Shown here: in pieces, positions 19,986 through 27,961 of the stretch | Layout: each line of letters starts with the position of its first letter | Position numbering within the stretch: position 1 is the stretch's first letter | Assembly (NCBI GenBank): GCA_016202815.1 | Contig: JACQNZ010000008.1 | Span: forward strand, 97,932 to 161,931 | Reading direction: 5' to 3' | DNA from: Candidatus Aenigmatarchaeota archaeon | Lineage (GTDB): Archaea > Aenigmatarchaeota > Aenigmatarchaeia > JACPZZ01 | Length of the DNA stretch: 64,000 bases | Translations under genes and position numbers: made by a program | Notes under the pieces: model-generated | The model's input: the letters and a program-made list of their open reading frames with translations, nothing else | Database searches by the model: none | What the model was told of the DNA's origin: nothing

Positions 19986-20306
19986 ATGCAAGTTGCAAGA
20001 ATAAAACTTTCAAGCACGGATCTCGCCCAACTGGACGTGATCTGTAAGGAAATAAAAATGATAGCCGAAAAAACCGGCGTATCGATAGCCGGCCCTATAC
20101 CTCTTCCTACGAAAAAACTCCGTGTCAGCGTATTAAAAACCCCGTGCGGCGACGGCACCGGACACGGAAACGCAACGTTTGACAAATGGGAAATGCGCGT
20201 TCATAAGAGAATCGTCGACGTAGGCGCCAACGAGCGCGCCCTGCGGCAAATAATGCGCGTGAACATACCTGAAAACGTGCAGATTGAGATAGAGTTGAGG
20301 GAGTAG
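19986..20306 (+). CDS. rps10: 30S ribosomal protein S10
   Basis: [31 protein letters not shown]. Confidence 0.96.
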   Translation: MQVARIKLSSTDLAQLDVICKEIKMIAEKTGVSIAGPIPLPTKKLRVSVLKTPCGDGTGHGNATFDKWEMRVHKRIVDVGANERALRQIMRVNIPENVQIEIELRE

Positions 20307-20312
20307 ACAACT

Positions 20313-20507
20313 ATGATGATCCCCATCCGGTGCATAACGTGTGGAAAGCCTGTTGGCCATCTGTGGGAAAAATACAACGAGCGCGTAAAAAACGGCGAAA
20401 AAATAGCCAAGGTTCTTGATGACCTGGGTATGGAACGTTATTGTTGTAGGGCCATGTTCATGTCCCACGTCGACACGATAAAGGACGTCGCAAGGTTCAA
20501 GCGTTAA
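20313..20507 (+). CDS. rpoN: RNA polymerase subunit N (Rpo10)
   Basis: MMIPIRCITCGK...LDDLGMERYCCR. Confidence 0.96.
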   Translation: MMIPIRCITCGKPVGHLWEKYNERVKNGEKIAKVLDDLGMERYCCRAMFMSHVDTIKDVARFKR

Positions 20508-20805
20508 GGTCCTTTGCGTGCTTAAGCAGGATTTTTTTCGCAGCTTTAAGCTCGTCCAGGCCTTTTGTTGTCGCAACATAGTATTTCCTTTCAGGCCCGC
20601 CGCCTTTCCTGGAAAATGTTTTTTTGATATACCCGCCCGTTTCCAGCCTGTACAGCACGGAATAAACAGTTATCATGTTCGCATCCAGCGGCATCAATAG
20701 TTTGGTAATCTCGTACGCATACCTGGGCTTCCCCAGAACCTTGATTATGTACTGCCACAAATTGTCCACGGTAAGCGATTTTCGAAGCCTTTCCGAAGGT
20801 TGCAT
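20497..20805 (-). CDS. PadR family transcriptional regulator
   Basis: PRYAYEI, VYSVLYRLE..GYI, ERKYYVATTKG; divergent from ino1. Confidence 0.9.
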   Translation of the reverse strand: MQPSERLRKSLTVDNLWQYIIKVLGKPRYAYEITKLLMPLDANMITVYSVLYRLETGGYIKKTFSRKGGGPERKYYVATTKGLDELKAAKKILLKHAKDLNA

Positions 20806-20858
20806 ACTATTATACCGCCATATAATAGTTAAATATCCGGGCTAACAAAATAATAGGC

Positions 20859-23366
20859 ATGGCAATCCGCATTGCAATAGCGGGCGTAGGCAACTGCGCA
20901 TCGTCGCTGGTGCAGGGCTTGTTTTATTACAAGAACGTGAAAACGAACGGCGAGACCATACCCGGTTTGATGCACAACGTGCTCGGCGGCTACAAAATAT
21001 CCGACATCGAGATTGTCGCCGCTTTCGATATAGATGAGAGGAAAGTCGGCAAGGACGTGTCCGAGGCGGTTTTCGCGCAGCCGAACTGCACGAAAATGTT
21101 TTCCGACATCCCGCATCTCGGGATAAAGGTGGAGAAAGGGCCTGTTCTGGACGGCGTCGCGGAGCACATGGAAGGCAGCGGAAGAAACGAGTTCGCCGTG
21201 GCGGAAGGCAGGGAGGCCGATGTTGCCGCAATCCTGAAAAAATCCAAGGCAGACGTGCTTATCAATTACATGCCCGTCGGTTCTGAGAAGGCGGCGAAGT
21301 TCTACGCGCAATGCGCTTTGGATGCGGGCTGCGCATTTGTCAACTGCATGCCGGTTTTCATATCGTCCGACAGGGAATGGGCCAACAAATTCCGTGAAAA
21401 AAATCTTCCAATAATCGGCGACGACGTGAAAAGCCAGCTCGGTGCAACGATCGTCAACCGCACGCTGGCGAAATTATTCGAGGATCGCGGAGTGAAAATC
21501 GACCGCATGTACCAGTTGAACGTTGGCGGCAACAGCGTAACAGGCGATCAGGAAATTATGCTTTCCATAGACGGAAAAATAAGGAATGTTAAGATTGGGG
21601 AATTCATAGACTCTTTTGTTGATGTTTATGGGGAAAAACGTGATGATGGAAAGGATATAGTGGTTTTGGACGGGTCGAAACAGCGTATCGAATGCTTTAC
21701 CGTCGATGATAATTACAATGTCACATTGTCAAACGTGGACGCCTTGATAAGGCATAAGATTTCCGAACCGGTCTATGAGATCGTCACAGAAGAAGGGAGG
21801 GGGATAAGGATAACTGGCGATCATAACGTGTTTGTCTTAAATGATAACGGCGATTTGAGCGAAATCCCAGTGAAACTTATAAAGGAGAATGAAACTTACA
21901 TAGCTGTTCCCCGGTCTATGGAGTGTGTTGCGCAGGAAGACCTTAAAAACATAGATCTAACCCCATTTTTGGGCAGTTTTTTTGTGAAAGAAGTCTCGGA
22001 CGGCTACATAAAAATCCACAATCAGGAATTGAAGATCCCGGTACAATTCCCTGTTACGGACGAACTTCTCCAAACCTTGGGGCTTTGGCTGGCAGACGGT
22101 AATTTCGACAGAAACGGAAACTCATCGAATATAGAACTGGCCTGTGGCGACGAGCCGGAATGCATGGGAGTAGTGACCGGTTTGGTGGGCGGCATGGGCA
22201 TAAACTACAATGTTAGAAAAGACGGCATTAGGGTAAGACTTCTGTCTAAAACGTTGTCCAAGATCTTTAGGTTGGCCTTGGGCCTCACTGGCAACTGTTA
22301 TACAAAACGCGTGCCAGAATGGGTATTCAATCTGTCGGACAGGCAAACCGCACTGGTATTGAGAGGTTATCTAAGCGGTGATGGCGGCGTAACTGGAAAG
22401 CAAATCAGGTGGACTTCTGTTTCAGAGAACCTTATCAGGGATCTACAAACGTTGTTGTTGCGCTTGGGGATAAACTCCACTATTTTCAAAGAAACGTACC
22501 GCAAAAATAGGAAGGGTGCGTATGACAGCCCATTGGGCTGCTGCTGGCACGGTTTAATGGGATCCAAGGAAGACGTGGGTCTGTTCATAAACAAAGTGGG
22601 CTTTTTACAAAAATTCAAAAACGAAGCTGCGGTAGAGGCTTACGATAAGATTAAGAAAAGCAACTGGAATAGGGTGCCAAATATTCCTCTATTCAAAAAA
22701 TGGAAAATAAAATCCACAACATGGTATAAAAACCCGGCCATCGTGGCTGGTATAGTCCTTCAACAACTGGGAAAAGTCAAAAACGATTTCGAAAAAGAGA
22801 AGATAAAGCAAATTTGCAGCGGCGACGTGCATTTTGTCAGGGTAAAAAATATTAAAAAAATGGAAGCTGGCGATATATACGTTTATGACCTGAGCACGAA
22901 GCCATTCGAGCGATTTATTTGTTCCAACATCCTCGTTCACAACACGGATTTCCGCAACATGCTAGATCGAAACAGGTTAAAAAGCAAAAAAATATCCAAG
23001 ACCGAAGCGGTTCAGTCGAACATACCTAAGCGCCTGGAGGACGACAACATCCACATCGGGCCCAGCGATTACGTGCCGTGGTTAAACGACAACAAGATCG
23101 CGTTCATCAGGATCGAAGGCCACAATTTCGGGAACATACCCGTTGAGCTTGAGTTGCGCTTGTCCGTCGAAGACTCGCCGAACTCGGCGGGCGTTGTTAT
23201 TGACGCAATAAGATGCTGTAAAATTGCTCTTGACCGGAAAGTAGCCGGGCCTTTGACAGCGGCATCGGCGTATTTTTGCAAGCATCCGGCCGAACAATTC
23301 TCAGACGAAGCTGCGCGGGCGATGCTGGAAGAATTCATAGAAACTAAGCAATTGGTCGCAGCGTGA
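20859..23366 (+). CDS. ino1: myo-inositol-1-phosphate synthase, intein-containing
   Basis: IAGVGNCASSLVQG, GDDVKSQLGAT, NVGGN|TDF, SKKISKT, EDSPNSAG; the spliced extein is 365 aa. Confidence 0.95.
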   Translation: MAIRIAIAGVGNCASSLVQGLFYYKNVKTNGETIPGLMHNVLGGYKISDIEIVAAFDIDERKVGKDVSEAVFAQPNCTKMFSDIPHLGIKVEKGPVLDGVAEHMEGSGRNEFAVAEGREADVAAILKKSKADVLINYMPVGSEKAAKFYAQCALDAGCAFVNCMPVFISSDREWANKFREKNLPIIGDDVKSQLGATIVNRTLAKLFEDRGVKIDRMYQLNVGGNSVTGDQEIMLSIDGKIRNVKIGEFIDSFVDVYGEKRDDGKDIVVLDGSKQRIECFTVDDNYNVTLSNVDALIRHKISEPVYEIVTEEGRGIRITGDHNVFVLNDNGDLSEIPVKLIKENETYIAVPRSMECVAQEDLKNIDLTPFLGSFFVKEVSDGYIKIHNQELKIPVQFPVTDELLQTLGLWLADGNFDRNGNSSNIELACGDEPECMGVVTGLVGGMGINYNVRKDGIRVRLLSKTLSKIFRLALGLTGNCYTKRVPEWVFNLSDRQTALVLRGYLSGDGGVTGKQIRWTSVSENLIRDLQTLLLRLGINSTIFKETYRKNRKGAYDSPLGCCWHGLMGSKEDVGLFINKVGFLQKFKNEAAVEAYDKIKKSNWNRVPNIPLFKKWKIKSTTWYKNPAIVAGIVLQQLGKVKNDFEKEKIKQICSGDVHFVRVKNIKKMEAGDIYVYDLSTKPFERFICSNILVHNTDFRNMLDRNRLKSKKISKTEAVQSNIPKRLEDDNIHIGPSDYVPWLNDNKIAFIRIEGHNFGNIPVELELRLSVEDSPNSAGVVIDAIRCCKIALDRKVAGPLTAASAYFCKHPAEQFSDEAARAMLEEFIETKQLVAA
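21534..22943 (+). mobile_element. Intein with LAGLIDADG endonuclease (470 aa, residues 226-695)
   Basis: Begins SVTGD; block B ITGDH; LGLWLADG and LRGYLSGDG; block F VYDLST; ends ILVHN, followed by Thr+1. Confidence 0.95.
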
Positions 23367-23808
23367 GTTTTTTTTCCATGTAAACCTCATCGCAGCCATT
23401 TCCATATTTGGGGCATGCTACGCAGTCTTTGTATATCTTCTGCTCTATTACAGGACCTTTCTTAAAACCGAACCTTGCGAAATAATCCGGTTTCCTGGTT
23501 AAAACGAAAACCGTGCTTAACCCCCTTTTCTCCGCTTCCTCCACCCCGGCGTCCACGATTTTCTTCCCCACGCCGTTGCTCTGGTGTGCCGCGTCCACGC
23601 AGACGCTGCGTATTTCCGCAAGTTTCGGCCCGTAAACGGCCAGCGAAGCCACGCCGACTATCCTGCCGCCGTCTTCTTCCACTACAAAATCCGCAAGATG
23701 TTTCGTTATCTCATTAACACCTCTTGGAAGGACCTCGCCTTCCGCTGCCCAATAATCTATCAGCGATTTGATGGCTGGGATGTCTTGTACAGAGGCTTGT
23801 CTGGGCAT
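23344..23808 (-). CDS. GNAT N-acetyltransferase (short ArgA-like)
   Basis: VLPR, LAEIRSV, QSNGVG, VFVLT, FARFGF, KIYKDCVACPK. Confidence 0.88.
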   Translation of the reverse strand: MPRQASVQDIPAIKSLIDYWAAEGEVLPRGVNEITKHLADFVVEEDGGRIVGVASLAVYGPKLAEIRSVCVDAAHQSNGVGKKIVDAGVEEAEKRGLSTVFVLTRKPDYFARFGFKKGPVIEQKIYKDCVACPKYGNGCDEVYMEKKLTLRPIA

Positions 23809-23813
23809 GTTTA

Positions 23814-24194
23814 TCAGCAATTTTCATAAAGCGGCCCAAGCATGCCCGCGGATTTCAACGCGTGTCTTGCCGCATGCGCCAGTTTTTTTGCGCCCCTTTT
23901 GACAGCTGGAAAATCTTCCTGGCCTGACGTCGTTTCCACAAGAACGGTGTAACCGCCGACTTCTCTTGCCAGCGCAATGTCCAACGTATCGTCGTCCAGG
24001 AACGCGCCGGTATGCCATGCGCCCGTCCTACCCGCGGATTTGTTGGATTTGTCCATGAGACTTTCAGCGTAATGCGCTGCATTGCATGTGTCGCCCCACG
24101 CGTAAACGGGTTGTGCGGTCTGCGGGTCTATTATAGCAAGCGCCTTTACCCAGGGCTTTGTTCCCAGGGACTGGTCAATATATTTTGTGTCCAT
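23814..24194 (-). CDS. Hypothetical protein, possible roadblock/longin-like fold
   Basis: About 126 aa; VKALAIID..P hairpin, helix, three strands and a C-terminal helix. Confidence 0.55.
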   Translation of the reverse strand: MDTKYIDQSLGTKPWVKALAIIDPQTAQPVYAWGDTCNAAHYAESLMDKSNKSAGRTGAWHTGAFLDDDTLDIALAREVGGYTVLVETTSGQEDFPAVKRGAKKLAHAARHALKSAGMLGPLYENC

Positions 24195-24257
24195 TTTTAT
24201 CACTCAACCCAATTGAAAACGCAGGCTTAAATATGTGCCTTCATAAATGTTACATTT

Positions 24258-24860
24258 ATGGATAAAAATGTTACAAACAGGACATTACACTCGCGTGTCC
24301 GCGCGTACATTGGAAGCCACCCGTTTGTGTCGAACGTAATCGCTGCGGGTATTGTGAACTATTCGGCCCTGGCGCGCAGGATACAAAAGGAGATTGGCGG
24401 CAACGTTGAAACTATCAAAGTCGCCCTGCTTCGTGAAGGCGCCAGCGCGGTTAAGTTCACAGGCTACGACGAGGAGAAGGTGCGCAGCCTGTTGAAAAAT
24501 TCCAGGATGAGCCTTCAGGACAACACGGCCGTTGTGATATCCGAGGATAAGCTTAACATCCCGCGGCTGATATCCATCGAGATAACCGCGAACAATATCT
24601 ATATAGTGGACCAGACGAAGCTCGAAGTTGGCGAAACGAAAAGAATCCGGATCGTTCGGGATCTTGTGGCGCTTGTGATAAACAGCCCGGAAAGGCTGGA
24701 AAAAACGCCCGGAGTCATCGCGTTCTTAGCACAGTATTTCGCCTCCCAGAACATAAACATACGCGAGCTTATTTCATGCTACACCGACACGGTTATAGTG
24801 TTGGACAGGAAGGACGCGTCGAAAGCGTTTGAACTTTTCAGGGATTTTGTAATTGCGTAA
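24258..24860 (+). CDS. HTH plus ACT-domain regulatory protein
   Basis: GIVNYSALARRI N-terminus; TPGVIA...NINIRELISCYTDT ACT domain. Confidence 0.85.
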   Translation: MDKNVTNRTLHSRVRAYIGSHPFVSNVIAAGIVNYSALARRIQKEIGGNVETIKVALLREGASAVKFTGYDEEKVRSLLKNSRMSLQDNTAVVISEDKLNIPRLISIEITANNIYIVDQTKLEVGETKRIRIVRDLVALVINSPERLEKTPGVIAFLAQYFASQNINIRELISCYTDTVIVLDRKDASKAFELFRDFVIA

Positions 24861-25697
24861 TCAAATCCCGGCCTGGGACACGATTTTTTCGAATGGAAAC
24901 CTTCCGAATTCAAGAGGATTCATTATGAAAACGCCCGAATTGTGGCTTTCCGGGTCGTCGTACCTGACGTTTCTCACGCCCACGTACCCGATTCTTCCGC
25001 TTTCAGTGCGCACCGGCTGCGCGCCGCCTCTCCAATGGAACCTGAAGCCGTAATCGTGCGGAACCATCCCTTCCGGTGAGGGGACAGCCGCTCTAAGGTA
25101 TCTGTCGACCGGAGTTTCTCCGTTTGTTTGCGTGAAATTGCGATAAGAGGGGAGCCTGCTGAACGCGATAAACCACTCCGTCCCTTCCTGTTTCGACGCA
25201 CGGAGCGCGGCAGACAGGGTTTCGTCAACAACACGATTTCCGCGATAGTTAGGATCGGTTATTATGGCCATGCCAAAAATCACCTTCCCGCCGGGATTAT
25301 GCAGCCCCTTTTCGGTGAAAGGCGTTCCGTTTCCTGTGGCTTCGTGCCAGTTAAGAGGCAGTCCGTATGTATTGCGCAGAGTTTCCCATCTTTCCTCCGG
25401 AGTTTGCCCGACTATCCTGTCGGTGCACTGCGTCATAATCTCCCGAAGCGCCTTCGGATCTGCCCACGATGGCCTGAAAACGGATACATATCCCACAACC
25501 CGCCCTTCGCCGGTCTTTGTAACAAAAATTCCGCCGTTGGCCTGCCTTGTGAGGAACTCTTTTTCATCCGCATCCGTTCCTCTTCCGGACGACCAGGCAA
25601 CACTGTCAATCGCGGCTATCGCGGCCACATCACCGGGTTCGGCCAGGTCAACAAACAATTCGGCGGCCATGTCCTTTGTCATGCGCTGTTCTGTCAT
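24861..25697 (-). CDS. Divergent GNAT acetyltransferase (YkwB-like)
   Basis: WHEATGNG..HNPGG, DPNYRG, RLPSY, RFH, DPES..G.FIMNP, as in YkwB-type GNATs. Confidence 0.7.
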   Translation of the reverse strand: MTEQRMTKDMAAELFVDLAEPGDVAAIAAIDSVAWSSGRGTDADEKEFLTRQANGGIFVTKTGEGRVVGYVSVFRPSWADPKALREIMTQCTDRIVGQTPEERWETLRNTYGLPLNWHEATGNGTPFTEKGLHNPGGKVIFGMAIITDPNYRGNRVVDETLSAALRASKQEGTEWFIAFSRLPSYRNFTQTNGETPVDRYLRAAVPSPEGMVPHDYGFRFHWRGGAQPVRTESGRIGYVGVRNVRYDDPESHNSGVFIMNPLEFGRFPFEKIVSQAGI

Positions 25698-25738
25698 TTT
25701 AAATTAATAATCAAATTTTACAGATAAAAATGGCCTGT

Positions 25739-26311
25739 TCAGGCCAAATGCCCCGATTTCAACCTTTTCGTTTCGATGTAACCCTCGTTGAACTCGTTTG
25801 GTTTTACTTTTAGCGGCATCCTTTCCACAGATATCCCGCCGCGTGACATCGCATCCATTTTTTTTGGGTTATTTGTCATCAGCACAATGCTGGAAATCTT
25901 CAATGCACTCAGGATTTCCACGGCCGCACCATAATCCCGCACATCTCCGTCGAACCCCAGGCACTCGTTTGCTTCTATGGTGTCCATTCCTTTGTCCTGC
26001 AAGGCGTACGCTTTTATCTTGTTCGACAAGCCTATGCCGCGGCCTTCCTGGTCAAGATATACCAATACTCCCCCGTGCTTGCCTATGAAAATCAAGGACT
26101 TTTCCAGCTGTTCGCCGCAGTCGCAGCGCAAAGAACGGAACGTGTCGCCGGTCAGGCATTTTGAATGTATCCTGACCGTGACTTTCTTGTTTTTAAATTC
26201 GCCTTTTGCGATTGCAATGTGTTCCTTGTTGTGCTCCTTGAACGCATAAATGGAGAATTTCCCGTATTTTGTCGGGAGCTTTGACTCGGATACTAATTCA
26301 ATTTCGGACAT
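25739..26311 (-). CDS. ribA: GTP cyclohydrolase II
   Basis: VRIHSKCLTGD, RCDCGEQL, QEGRGIGL, TNNPKK. Confidence 0.96.
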   Translation of the reverse strand: MSEIELVSESKLPTKYGKFSIYAFKEHNKEHIAIAKGEFKNKKVTVRIHSKCLTGDTFRSLRCDCGEQLEKSLIFIGKHGGVLVYLDQEGRGIGLSNKIKAYALQDKGMDTIEANECLGFDGDVRDYGAAVEILSALKISSIVLMTNNPKKMDAMSRGGISVERMPLKVKPNEFNEGYIETKRLKSGHLA

Positions 26312-26319
26312 ACGAATCG

Positions 26320-26730
26320 CTAAATATTTTCTATAACTTCGACAAGTTTTATCGCAGCCGTTAGTGCGCGTTCAGCGTATTCTTCGGCCCGTTTTTCGGC
26401 CTGTTCCCATGTAGCGCCCGGCCCTATTATCCCGAGCGTGACAGGCTTGCCAAACTCGGCGCTTAATGACGCGAGCGCGCCCGCAACGGCCTGTCCGATG
26501 ACCTCATCGTGCTTCGTGTCGCCTTTGATTATCGCGCCCAGGGTTATGACAGCATCAACGTCGTTCCGCATAAGTAATCTTTTCACAGCTATGGGCATGT
26601 CAAACGAGCCCGGGACCTTGACAGCTTTTACAATGTTAACCCCCAACTTCTCCGCCTCTTCGGCCGCGTGCCGCTCCATGACAGACGTTATCCCGCTGTT
26701 GAATTCGCCGGTCACTATTCCGATATTCAT
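26320..26730 (-). CDS. ribH: 6,7-dimethyl-8-ribityllumazine synthase
   Basis: EFN, VPGSFDMP, LGAIIKGDTKHDE, PVTLGIIGP. Confidence 0.95.
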   Translation of the reverse strand: MNIGIVTGEFNSGITSVMERHAAEEAEKLGVNIVKAVKVPGSFDMPIAVKRLLMRNDVDAVITLGAIIKGDTKHDEVIGQAVAGALASLSAEFGKPVTLGIIGPGATWEQAEKRAEEYAERALTAAIKLVEVIENI

Positions 26731-27194
26731 TCGATCACCATAGGCCCTGCGTCTGCGCGGCCCTGCCTTTTTCCCATGCCGGCGTTTTTCGCCAATTCGC
26801 CAGGATTCGCTACGAGCAGGTACGCATTGAGCGCATGTTTCGTAACGCGATTGACGCAGATATCGTAAAGGTCTTTGTCGTTGTCCGCCTCGACCTCGTG
26901 CACGAAAACGCTGAGTATGTGTTTGTTCGTCATTAATTGGGCGCCCATAATCCCCGCGTTTGCCTCATGTGCGCACGTTTCGTCAAGCCTGTGCGGGCCG
27001 ACCATCGCAATGGCGAGGCAGGCGTCGCAACCGCCGTCCAAAAGTTTCTTGCACGCAACGGCCAGGTCCTTCATGCCCGGGACGGTAACGCGAACAATAT
27101 CGGCGTCGCTGTGCTTTTCCAGTTCGCGTATTGCCAAAGAGCCCATATCAACGCGCGCAAAAGTCGTATCAACGACGCCTATCTTGTAGTTCAC
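26727..27194 (-). CDS. ribC: Archaeal-type riboflavin synthase
   Basis: IGVVDTTFARVDMG, TVPGMKDL, VFVHE, G.RQG. Confidence 0.95.
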   Translation of the reverse strand: MNYKIGVVDTTFARVDMGSLAIRELEKHSDADIVRVTVPGMKDLAVACKKLLDGGCDACLAIAMVGPHRLDETCAHEANAGIMGAQLMTNKHILSVFVHEVEADNDKDLYDICVNRVTKHALNAYLLVANPGELAKNAGMGKRQGRADAGPMVIE

Positions 27195-27252
27195 AGAAAT
27201 CGTTATGATGCTACCAATAAATAGCTTGCTACCCAGAAATGGGTTGAAAACT

Positions 27253-27900
27253 TCAGGCGGTTTTTATGGTAACCGCGCTGCCGTCCCTGAGCCTCAGCGT
27301 TTTTCGCAGGAAATGCCGAGAAATTATTTCCATGACGTCAGCAGGATGGTGCGTTCGTTCTATCACAAGTATTGCGGCATCAACGCCGTTGACCGTGGCT
27401 TTGTAGCAGTTCGCCCCGCCGTATGTCCGCTTGTCGTCCTTGAACCCTTCTATTTGCACGGCCGGAATCTTGTCAAGTTCGGCCTTTGCGCTTATGTCGC
27501 GCTCCGTTTCCAGCTTTATGTTCAGCGTGCCCGGGTACGGGTCAAAGCCCAGCTTGCGCGCGAATTGTTTCCTGTATCCCGGCATGTGTATGTAATAGCC
27601 GCCTTCGCCCAGGCCTGAAAAAACTTTGCCTTGTATCGTGACTTTCTTCACGCCCTCAAAAACGGGCCGGAGGTTCCTGTAAACTGTTTTCAGTTCCGCG
27701 ACAGCTTTCTGCGTTAATCGTACGGATTGGCCGTGCCTGTCGATCCTGCGTTCTATTAACCCTTCAGATTCCAGTTCAATGAGCTTCCGCGAAGCCGTTT
27801 GCTGCGACATCCCGCATTCCGACGCGAGCTCTATCGTATTAGTTCGCACGAATTTTTCATGCGCCCCCTTTCTCGAAAGGATGTAGATAAGATTTTCCAT
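27253..27900 (-). CDS. ribK: CTP-dependent riboflavin kinase with N-terminal wHTH (RbkR type)
   Basis: SQQTASRKL HTH; SGLGEGGYY, GFDPYPGTLN, ERTHH. Confidence 0.94.
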   Translation of the reverse strand: MENLIYILSRKGAHEKFVRTNTIELASECGMSQQTASRKLIELESEGLIERRIDRHGQSVRLTQKAVAELKTVYRNLRPVFEGVKKVTIQGKVFSGLGEGGYYIHMPGYRKQFARKLGFDPYPGTLNIKLETERDISAKAELDKIPAVQIEGFKDDKRTYGGANCYKATVNGVDAAILVIERTHHPADVMEIISRHFLRKTLRLRDGSAVTIKTA

Positions 27901-27961
27901 GACTAAAATTATCAGGACGCTTATTTTTAAGCGATCGATGACGATAATATATTAGAAATTA

